Source: a bacterium (GTDB taxonomy: Bacteria > Patescibacteriota > Saccharimonadia > CAILAD01 > BJGX01). From it: a DNA stretch of 64,000 nucleotides. The DNA lies in assembly GCA_029778565.1 (NCBI GenBank), contig JAKOQC010000249.1, positions 45,611 through 109,610 on the forward strand, given 5' to 3'. A model generated the notes under the pieces. It was not told where the DNA came from and ran no database searches. It saw only the letters and a list, made by a program, of their open reading frames with translations. Made by a program: the position numbers and the translations under genes. Below, piece after piece: positions 56,569 through 64,000 of this stretch. Each line of letters opens with the position of its first letter. Position 1 is the stretch's first letter.

Positions 56569-59073
56569 ATGAACCAATTTGTCATTTTTACTAGTATTTT
56601 GTTTCTGCTATTTGCCAGTGGTATATCTGTCTTAGCATATTTTTTGTTGCGCAAACGTGCACGGCATAGCAAAGATATTGAACGATCTCTGAAGATGGTA
56701 CCACTATTGGTCAAGCTTCCACCTCAAGAAGTAGGTGAAGATGGACGTGACAGCCGAGAGCTTATTAAAGAAAACATTGCCAAGGCTGAAGGTGTGTTTA
56801 ATTTATTAAGTGGTATAGCGACCGAAAAAGCTTCATATTATGGCAAAAAATACATTAGTTTAGAAATTATTGCTGAAGGAAAGTTGATTAACTTTTATAT
56901 TGTAGTACCCGTCAGTCTACTGAGTGCTGTGCAAAAAGCCCTAGTAGCCGGATATCCCAATGTACAGATAGAAACCGCCCAAGAAACAAATATATTTTCT
57001 GACAAAAGCAAAATAGCTGGTGTGCAGGGCGGTGAATTAGTCTTAGCTAAAGAAAGTATCTACCCTATTAATACCTACAAATCCACAGACTTCGACCCAT
57101 TGTCTGGTATACTCTCGGGACTAACCAACTTGGGCGATGGTGAGGGTGTGGGGATACAAATTCTTATTCGTCCGGCGGGAAGTGACTGGACTAAATATGC
57201 CCTAAAGCGTAGTAAAGAACATTTAGACCCGAGTAGCTCAGAAAATAAAGCCCTTAGTTTTGGCTCGGATGTATTGAAAGCACCATTTAAAGCACCAAGC
57301 TCGAGTGACAATGATAAAAAACCCGATAAACAACCCACTGCTATCGACCAGCGCAAGAGTGAGACAATCGAAGATAAGGCAAAATCGCCCGCTTTTGAAA
57401 CATGTATTCGTTTAATTGCTAGTTCTGACAATCCAGCACGTGCTCATGTAATGATTCAAGATTTACAACTTGGGTTTGCTCAACTCAGCCAGGGCGGCAG
57501 TAATGGTTTTAAATATCAAAGTGCTGATTCACCACAAGAAATTGCCACAAATTTTATTTTTAGATTCTTTCCTGTTGCCAAAAAGAAGAATGTATTGAAT
57601 GCGGTCGAACTCGCTACGATTTTTCATCTGCCAAGCGAGGTAATTGGTATTGCAACACAGCTCGAACGCAAAGCGGTAAAAGAAGTAGCTGCTCCAGCCG
57701 GTCTTCCTACGGAAGGCCTGAGAATTGGTGTAAACGAATATCGAGGGACAAACACACCGATCTATATTACCCAAGATGATAAGCGCCGCCACATTTACAC
57801 CATTGGTCAGACAGGAACAGGTAAATCAACCATGCTTACTAACTTAATGCTCCAAGATGCATATGCTGGTAAGGGTTTTTGTTTTATCGACCCAAATGGT
57901 GACGAGGCTGAGAAGTTTTTGGGACGAATTCCGGCTAATCGCGCTGAAGATGTCATTTACTTCAGTCCGGGAGATACAGAATTTCCTCTAGGGTTTAATA
58001 TTATGGAGTACGATCGTAATCACCCCGAACAGCGCGACTTCTTGGTGCAAGAAGCAATTTCAATGCTATATAAACTCTACGATCCGCAACATCAGGGTAT
58101 TATTGGCCCACGGTATGAACACTGGTTTCGAAATGCTGCTCTCACCGTTATGGCCGACCCAGAAGGTGGTACATTTATAGAAATACCAAAAGTATTTACT
58201 GACGATGAGTATTTAAAGAAGAAATTCAAATACGTTACCGACCCAACGGTGCAAGACTTTTGGACGGGTGAGATGGCTCAGACAGATGCACATTCTAAGA
58301 GTGAGATGCTAGGATGGTTTGTTTCAAAATTTGGTGCGTTTGCTAATAACGCCATGCTTCGCAATATTATTGGCCAGAAGACTTCAGCATTTAACTTCCG
58401 TCAGATAATGGATACCAATAAGATTTTGATTGCCAACCTCAGTAAAGGTTTGCTTGGTGAGTTGAATGCCAAATTGCTTGGTATGATATTTGTGATTAAG
58501 TTACAAATGGCAGCTATGAGTCGGGCCGATACACCCGAAGATCAGCGTGTAGATTTTGCTCTGTATGTCGATGAGTTTCAGAATATCGCTACCGATAGTT
58601 TTGCTACAATTCTTTCTGAAGCCAGAAAATATCACTTTAATCTTATTGTAGCCAACCAGTATATTGAACAAATTGATGAGCAAATTCGCGATGCGGTATT
58701 TGGTAATGTTGGTAGTATGATTATTTATCGAGTAGGTAATGATGACGCTGAGTATATTGCAAAACAATTCTCACCACAGTATGATGCCAGCGATATCGCC
58801 AATATCCCTAATCACTACGCTGCTGCTAAGATTATTGCTGATGGTATTCCCACAACCCCATTTAGTTTGCATGGTGACCCGCCGGTTGATGGAAATGTTA
58901 TTAATACTAATTTGCAGAATGCTATGCGCGATCTTTCTCGAGCTAAATACGGACGACCAAAAGCAGAGGTTGATGCTGAAATTGCTCGGAGCCTGAGTGA
59001 CAGTTTACCCACCGAACCAGCGGGTGGCGACGCAGCTGCTGGTGGTATGGGTACAGAACAGACTGGAAATTAA
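56569..59073 (+). CDS. VirD4/TraG/TraD-family type IV coupling-protein-like ATPase (N-terminal TM anchor)
   Basis: N-terminal TM. Walker A IGQTGTGKSTML, Walker B FALYVDEFQNIA. C-terminal IVANQYIEQIDEQIRDAVFGNVGSMIIYRVGNDDAEYIAKQF matches the TraG-D_C pattern (Qs..QL...yG..a..i.gN....i.f...d..tA). Confidence 0.55.
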   Translation: MNQFVIFTSILFLLFASGISVLAYFLLRKRARHSKDIERSLKMVPLLVKLPPQEVGEDGRDSRELIKENIAKAEGVFNLLSGIATEKASYYGKKYISLEIIAEGKLINFYIVVPVSLLSAVQKALVAGYPNVQIETAQETNIFSDKSKIAGVQGGELVLAKESIYPINTYKSTDFDPLSGILSGLTNLGDGEGVGIQILIRPAGSDWTKYALKRSKEHLDPSSSENKALSFGSDVLKAPFKAPSSSDNDKKPDKQPTAIDQRKSETIEDKAKSPAFETCIRLIASSDNPARAHVMIQDLQLGFAQLSQGGSNGFKYQSADSPQEIATNFIFRFFPVAKKKNVLNAVELATIFHLPSEVIGIATQLERKAVKEVAAPAGLPTEGLRIGVNEYRGTNTPIYITQDDKRRHIYTIGQTGTGKSTMLTNLMLQDAYAGKGFCFIDPNGDEAEKFLGRIPANRAEDVIYFSPGDTEFPLGFNIMEYDRNHPEQRDFLVQEAISMLYKLYDPQHQGIIGPRYEHWFRNAALTVMADPEGGTFIEIPKVFTDDEYLKKKFKYVTDPTVQDFWTGEMAQTDAHSKSEMLGWFVSKFGAFANNAMLRNIIGQKTSAFNFRQIMDTNKILIANLSKGLLGELNAKLLGMIFVIKLQMAAMSRADTPEDQRVDFALYVDEFQNIATDSFATILSEARKYHFNLIVANQYIEQIDEQIRDAVFGNVGSMIIYRVGNDDAEYIAKQFSPQYDASDIANIPNHYAAAKIIADGIPTTPFSLHGDPPVDGNVINTNLQNAMRDLSRAKYGRPKAEVDAEIARSLSDSLPTEPAGGDAAAGGMGTEQTGN

Positions 59074-59152
59074 TATACTGCTTAAGCCTTGCATAGCTAT
59101 TGTAGTATGTACTACAATAAAGCATAAGCAATTGTATATTTAAAGGAGAAAG

Positions 59153-61504
59153 ATGAAAATCGTAAATTTCCGAGATGTCGTCACTAACTTTAAGATTGGT
59201 GGCATCTCAAAAAACAAAATCTCGTTCTATGCCAAACGTCTTACTAAGGAAACTTCAGCACGACGACTGGCTTCACTACTTTTAGTCGGCCTATTAGTAT
59301 TCCAGTTTATTACGTTTATTGCTCCACCATCAGCTGGGCGGGCAGCAAGCTGTACGTCGAATGACATTATTAACTGTGGTATTGGTGATAGAAGTAACCA
59401 AGGTGTTTTAAATGCATTCAAAAGTACTGGTGCGATACAGCTTCTATACCAGGCAGGTGTTACCGATAATGATGTTTTAAATGGCCAAGCCAATGCTAAT
59501 ATTTGTCGTACACCTGGCCTGCTTTCGATGGGTCGAACCCAAGCGCCGGGATCATTCTTATATCCGGGTCATAATGACATATGGATTGGTGATGCGAGTA
59601 GCCGCTGGCTACAAAACTGTTTTGCAGGTGAATTACTGAACGTAAAAGTACAGGGTAGCACAATAGGTACGGGTGATCCCAATGCTTGGTACCAAGTAGG
59701 TATTCTCTACGACTGTGGTAACTTGGTATTTATTCCCACCTCGCCACATCAACAACCAAAAACCATTACCTGTTCAAGCTTGAATGTCTCTAGCTTTACA
59801 GCTACTGTTGGTCAACCAATCGTAGTTGCTGGTTATGCACACGGAGACAACATTAGTGCTGGCGAGTTAGTCGATATGGCCTATGGCGCCTATGATAGCG
59901 GTACTAATAACCTAGTAGGAGGTATTCCCCAAGGAAATCCCCTGGGGGCACAAGGTGTACCGCATGATGCAAATAATAACTTTATTGATAATGCTGGGCG
60001 AGCGTTTACCTTTAATCAACCAGGTACCTACGATCTTAGACTGCTAGTTGGATATGATAATAATGGGCAAAAATTGTTTGCCGCTGGTAGTGCTGCCGGA
60101 GATTGCGCTCGTACTGTTACTGTTACTCAACAAATGACATTACGATGTGCACAGCTAGATATTGTCGCCAAAACTGGCAATACGCCATTTACTCCAGGCC
60201 TAAAAGGCACAGCAGGCGTTGATGGTACTTCGGGTACAAAACCCTATCCTTCTAAATTCGAATATATTCTTTTGCAGAAATATACAGGCCCAGACAATCC
60301 AAGTTTGCCGATTGTTACCTATAACGGTGTAAAGTATTTAGAAGGTAATCCTAGTGGCGGGACTACTCGAATTACACACACCAATGCCAATCCTGCGGTC
60401 TATACCGACCCCGCATCTAGTCCAGCTTTCTCTGCTACAGAATTCAAACAAACTACACCAGGTGATTTCTTAATTATTCTCCGAGTAACCGACCAGAATA
60501 ATACAACTGCGCCAGAGAATCCAAACAACTGTTTTGTACCATTTACTACCACCCCTCCACCTGCAGAGTTTGCTTGTAAAACTCTCACTGCTGACCCTGC
60601 TACAGGTACCGCTCCACTGAAGGGAGTAAATCTAACCGCAACTGCAACAGTCAAAAATGCAGTGGTTAAATCGTACCAATTTGACTTTGGTGATGGCAGT
60701 GCTAAACAAACAGTTACGAGCAGCCAACTTACCGCCTCTACAAAACACGACTATAACAATCCGGGTAAATACACAGCGACTGTTAGTATAACAACCGATA
60801 GGGGTACCACGACAGATACCCAAACGTGTAAGACGGTTATTAATCCAACACAGGTGCAATATACGAAAAATGTAGCCAATATGACCCTGCTTACGAATGA
60901 CGGCAAACCCACCGACGCGAATAATCAGGTAGCAAAAGCCGGAGATACATTGCGCTACCAAATAGCAATTTGTAATGCTAATGGTGCACCCATTAATAAC
61001 TATGTATTCGAAGATGATGTAACCGACCTATTGTATTATGCTGATTTGGCAGACTTGGGCGGTGCTACCAAGGTAGTTAAAAATGGACAGACCAAGCTTG
61101 TCTGGCCTGCGACCGATATTGCCTCGTTGCCGAATGGAAAGTCATGTACTGATAGCTCAGGAAATATTATTCCAGCTAACTTTAGTGCACACTTTAAATC
61201 ATTTACTGTTAAGGTAAAAGATCCTATTCCAACCAAACCAAATGTACCACTCGACCCATCGGCCTACGATTGTAATATACAAGATAATTTCCATGGCTCT
61301 ATCGTTACTACTCCAATTGGTGTAGTACCAGCCAAACAAGTAGAATGTGCTGCGCAAAAATTACCACAAACTGGTGCAGGCATACCAATCTTTGTTATTT
61401 CGTTCTTTGCCGCGAGCTCAGTATTCCTATTCTTCCGCAACAGATTACTCAAACGTGAGCTAAAACTGGTCGAAACATTATCTGATGATGAAGGAGGCAT
61501 GTAA
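59153..61504 (+). CDS. LPXTG-anchored surface protein with PKD-like domain
   Basis: N-terminal signal/anchor (LASLLLVGLLVFQFITFIAPP). PKD signature YQFDFGDGSAKQTVTSSQLTASTKHDYNNPGKYTATVSITTDRG. C-terminal sorting signal LPQTG + hydrophobic stretch + RNRLLKR. Confidence 0.6.
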   Translation: MKIVNFRDVVTNFKIGGISKNKISFYAKRLTKETSARRLASLLLVGLLVFQFITFIAPPSAGRAASCTSNDIINCGIGDRSNQGVLNAFKSTGAIQLLYQAGVTDNDVLNGQANANICRTPGLLSMGRTQAPGSFLYPGHNDIWIGDASSRWLQNCFAGELLNVKVQGSTIGTGDPNAWYQVGILYDCGNLVFIPTSPHQQPKTITCSSLNVSSFTATVGQPIVVAGYAHGDNISAGELVDMAYGAYDSGTNNLVGGIPQGNPLGAQGVPHDANNNFIDNAGRAFTFNQPGTYDLRLLVGYDNNGQKLFAAGSAAGDCARTVTVTQQMTLRCAQLDIVAKTGNTPFTPGLKGTAGVDGTSGTKPYPSKFEYILLQKYTGPDNPSLPIVTYNGVKYLEGNPSGGTTRITHTNANPAVYTDPASSPAFSATEFKQTTPGDFLIILRVTDQNNTTAPENPNNCFVPFTTTPPPAEFACKTLTADPATGTAPLKGVNLTATATVKNAVVKSYQFDFGDGSAKQTVTSSQLTASTKHDYNNPGKYTATVSITTDRGTTTDTQTCKTVINPTQVQYTKNVANMTLLTNDGKPTDANNQVAKAGDTLRYQIAICNANGAPINNYVFEDDVTDLLYYADLADLGGATKVVKNGQTKLVWPATDIASLPNGKSCTDSSGNIIPANFSAHFKSFTVKVKDPIPTKPNVPLDPSAYDCNIQDNFHGSIVTTPIGVVPAKQVECAAQKLPQTGAGIPIFVISFFAASSVFLFFRNRLLKRELKLVETLSDDEGGM

Positions 61505-62127
61505 TGGCAGATAGAGCCGAGCTAGAGCCAGAAAGTGGCGCCGAGAAACTTGAGGTAAGCCAACTAAAAAAACTCGAGAAAGAAAAAGCACCAGAGGTTA
61601 GTAAAGCTGAGATAGAAGCTGGAGAAAAAGATTTGGCTCGCCGCCATGAAGCGGCCGAGAGAAATCTGAGTGCTGAAAAAAAACGTGAAGCTGATGCCGA
61701 GAAGAAGCGCGAGGCTGACCTAGAGAGAGAACGCAAAGAAGCTGAAAAACTCGAGAAGGTCGAGAAAAAACCACCAAAAGCCAAACCAGCGGCAAGCTAT
61801 ACCAAAAAAGAAAAGGCAACTGTTTATAAAAAAGAAATCAAGATGGTGCAGGCTCAGTTGCCACGCCGTAGTAAAACTTTTTCGAAAGTAATTCATAACC
61901 CAGCTGTAGAAAAAGTATCGGATGTAGCCGGTAAAACAATTTTGCGCCCCTCGGCACTTATTGGCGGTAGCGTTGTTGGCTTAGCAGCAGGCGTGACTGT
62001 TTATGCCATTGCTCGATTCTATAATTACGGCATGCCTAATTGGCTTTTACCAATACTTCTTATATTGGGTGCGCTGCTGGGTATTGCTGCAGAGCTTATT
62101 CTCAACAGATTTCGAACCACTGAATAG
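61504..62127 (+). CDS. hypothetical protein: charged Glu/Lys/Ala coiled-coil N-terminus, C-terminal two-helix membrane hairpin
   Basis: KEKAPEVSKAEIEAGEKDLARRHEAAERNLSAEKKREADAEKKREADLERERKEAEKLEKVEKK... then GGSVVGLAAGVTVYAIA / LLPILLILGALLGIAAELIL. Confidence 0.3.
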   Translation: MADRAELEPESGAEKLEVSQLKKLEKEKAPEVSKAEIEAGEKDLARRHEAAERNLSAEKKREADAEKKREADLERERKEAEKLEKVEKKPPKAKPAASYTKKEKATVYKKEIKMVQAQLPRRSKTFSKVIHNPAVEKVSDVAGKTILRPSALIGGSVVGLAAGVTVYAIARFYNYGMPNWLLPILLILGALLGIAAELILNRFRTTE

Positions 62128-62195
62128 TTTTACAACAAGAATTATTTCCTCGAGCCACTAAACTGGTGTAAAATAGTAACCATAAGCTTCTTCAA

Positions 62196-63041
62196 GTGAG
62201 GCAAATGGTTTTTGCTATGCTAAAAAAATATTTTCTCCCAGTTGTAAGTCTCATCTTGGCACTGTTATTCGCCTCAATAGCAACTTTTTCTGTTCGGGCA
62301 GATACGATTAGTCAAAGCTATACTGCTGCGGTAAATATTCCTGCTGGTTCACTGGTTGCTTTACAACAAGGCAGTAGCTCGCAGATAGTGCCAGCAGACT
62401 CTAGCAATACTGATAGTCTTCTTGGAGTGACGGTGGCTCCGCAGGCTAGTTTGGTAAACCTCAATTCAAACAATGGTAATACGTTGGTGGTTACATCGGG
62501 TAATGCGGTAGTTTTAGTAAGTAATATTAATGGCGATATTGCCAAAGGCGACTCATTAACAACTTCACCTATTAGCGGTGTAGCGATGAAAGCTACAGCA
62601 CCCGGTAGAATTGTCGGGATAGCAACAAATAGCTTTACTGCTGCGCAGGCGAGTTCACGACAAAAGATTGCAGACAAAAAAGGTGAATCAAGTGAAGTCT
62701 CGCTTGGTCAGGTGTCGGCAAATATTATGGTAGGTAACTATCAAAATCAACCCACCCTAACAGGCAATGGCATAATATCTGCCGTTCAGGCAGTTGCTAC
62801 CAGCACAACAGGCAAAAGTATTTCAACCGCGCGAGCTCTTTTGGCCTTACTGGTACTACTTATCTCGGTGGTTATTTCGGTACTTATTCTTTATACGGCA
62901 GTGGCTAGCAGTATCCGCTCGATAGGTCGTAACCCACTTAGTCGCCACTCTATTTTACAGAGTTTGATACAAGTAATTATTGCAGTGGTTGTAATAATGC
63001 TTTCTGGGTTTTCAATAGTATATTTAATTATTGGGCGTTAG
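62196..63041 (+). CDS. hypothetical exported Ser/Thr/Ala-rich protein with C-terminal two-helix membrane hairpin
   Basis: Signal peptide MLKKYFLPVVSLILALLFASIATFSVRA. C-terminal LLALLVLLISVVISVLILYTAVASSIRSIGRNPLSRHSILQSLIQVIIAVVVIMLSGFSIVYLII. Confidence 0.3.
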   Translation: MRQMVFAMLKKYFLPVVSLILALLFASIATFSVRADTISQSYTAAVNIPAGSLVALQQGSSSQIVPADSSNTDSLLGVTVAPQASLVNLNSNNGNTLVVTSGNAVVLVSNINGDIAKGDSLTTSPISGVAMKATAPGRIVGIATNSFTAAQASSRQKIADKKGESSEVSLGQVSANIMVGNYQNQPTLTGNGIISAVQAVATSTTGKSISTARALLALLVLLISVVISVLILYTAVASSIRSIGRNPLSRHSILQSLIQVIIAVVVIMLSGFSIVYLIIGR

Positions 63042-63045
63042 ACAT

Positions 63046-64000
63046 ATGAAACAAGAACACACCAAACCAAATTCAGCAAAAAGTGTAAAAGTAATTGCGC
63101 TATTTGATTGTATTGCTCAGACTGAGCCAGTAGCCGAGGCAAGTGTGGGTGGTGTAATGCAATTTGCTACTGGAGAGGCTGGACTGATTTGGCAGGTATC
63201 AGAAAAGTCAGTGACAGTTTTGCTCTTAGCTCGTGAATCTAAAGTAGTAGTTGGTACTACAGCCAAGTTAGCCGGGAATAGCTTGTATGTGAGAGCTGAC
63301 AATAAAGTGCTTGGGCACAGCGTCGATCCACTTTTGCAGACAATCGATGGGAAAAGTATTACACCATCAGGCAGCCCCCTGCCGGTATTTGGGGCCGCAC
63401 CAACTTTTCATGAACGGGCAATAGTAAATGAACAACTCGAAACAGGTGTGTTAATGGTAGATACGTTGTTTCCAATTGTAAAAGGTCAGCGCATTGCGAT
63501 TATTGGTGATAACAAAACCGGAAAGACCACTTTTATGACTCAGGTGGCGGCTCATCAAAAAAACCAAGATTGTGTAATTGTGTACGTTGCCATAGCCAAA
63601 CGTCGTTATGATGTCGCGCGTTTGCAACAACGTTTAGAAAATGCTGGAGTAATGGATAAGACAATCTTGGTTGTAGCCGATGCTTTCGATAGTCTACCAG
63701 CGGCATTTATTGCCCCATATGTAGGTTGCGCATTGGCAGAAAATTTTTGGCGACAGGGCAAAGACACTCTCGTCATTTATGACGATCTCAGTGCGCATGC
63801 CAAACTTTATCGAGAGCTCTCACTCTTATTAAAACAACCACCGGGCCGAGATGGCTATCCGGGAGATATGTTTTATATGCACTCTTCATTGTTAGAGCGT
63901 GCCGGCAAAATACACCGTAACGGTGCTACCCAAACGGTTTTAGCGGCGGGTACCAACCCCACAGGAGATATAACCGGTTATCTTTCGACAAGTTTAATTT
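63046..64000 (+). CDS. atpA: F1 ATP synthase alpha subunit (3' end beyond window)
   Basis: GQRIAIIGDNKTGKTTFMTQ Walker A. ILVVADAFDSLPAAFIAPYVGCALAENF and IYDDLSAHAKLYRELSLLLKQPPGRDGYPGDMFYMHSSLLERA match the F1-alpha consensus. ORF open to the end of the window. Confidence 0.85.
   Translation, partial: MKQEHTKPNSAKSVKVIALFDCIAQTEPVAEASVGGVMQFATGEAGLIWQVSEKSVTVLLLARESKVVVGTTAKLAGNSLYVRADNKVLGHSVDPLLQTIDGKSITPSGSPLPVFGAAPTFHERAIVNEQLETGVLMVDTLFPIVKGQRIAIIGDNKTGKTTFMTQVAAHQKNQDCVIVYVAIAKRRYDVARLQQRLENAGVMDKTILVVADAFDSLPAAFIAPYVGCALAENFWRQGKDTLVIYDDLSAHAKLYRELSLLLKQPPGRDGYPGDMFYMHSSLLERAGKIHRNGATQTVLAAGTNPTGDITGYLSTSLI

Noticed and set aside
59227-59493. 88-aa minus-strand ORF inside the LPXTG gene. 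Also the similar internal or antisense ORFs at 60400-60961 and 61036-61784.
   Set aside because: Antisense or alternate-frame ORFs inside long, well-supported plus-strand genes (the 61449..61784 one is the antisense of the Glu/Lys/Ala-rich coiled-coil coding region).
1-64000. rRNA genes, insertion sequences and transposases
   Set aside because: I found no 16S/23S/5S-like conserved stretches and no transposase or integrase-like ORFs. The only mobile-element trace is the tRNA-Pro 3'-end duplication.

Overview
The window reads as an AT-rich, gene-dense segment of a small Gram-positive-type genome. Features pointing that way are an LPXTG surface protein, MurT/GatD, a TagO/WecA-like transferase, a single-membrane ABC/FtsX-type transporter, tmRNA with SmpB, and a bacterial-type RNase P RNA. 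My inference is a Saccharibacteria/CPR-like or similarly reduced Terrabacteria lineage, not a database result. Housekeeping content: thrS, miaA, argS, trpS, pheS-pheT, rplY, rpmB, infC-rpmI-rplT, dinB, nrdR, a class I fbaA, smpB, comM, rmuC, rnhA, uppP and a 5' fragment of atpA. RNA genes: tRNA-Val(GAC), tRNA-Pro(GGG), RNase P RNA (rnpB) and tmRNA (ssrA). Envelope genes: a polyprenyl-P sugar transferase, GT4 and GT28 glycosyltransferases with a GalT-like gene, MurT/GatD, an L,D-transpeptidase, and a MacB-like ABC pair. Ranked by interest: (1) PheT carries an apparently intact NlpC/P60 Cys-His hydrolase domain inserted in its B5 region. (2) An 1108-aa signal-peptide, tail-anchored, Thr/Gly/Asn-rich repeat surface protein, plus an LPXTG/PKD protein sitting beside a VirD4/TraG-like coupling ATPase (possible T4SS-like or surface module). 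(3) A UvrD-helicase/PD-(D/E)xK nuclease fusion translationally coupled to a DUF45 zinc metallopeptidase-like gene and followed by rmuC. (4) An ArgRS in which the HIGH motif is replaced by VLTN. (5) A protein with eight 60-bp tandem repeats (20-aa LRR-like units) interrupted by a 1-nt frameshift. (6) A ~650-nt ORF-free region with a consensus promoter and terminator. (7) Leader structures: a T-box-like element ahead of thrS and an SD/AUG-sequestering hairpin ahead of trpS. (8) A duplicated 3' end of tRNA-Pro 135 nt downstream (att-like scar). (9) A small acidic, Pup-like, Cys-rich ORF beside the tmRNA. All calls rest on motif recognition by eye. No searches were run.
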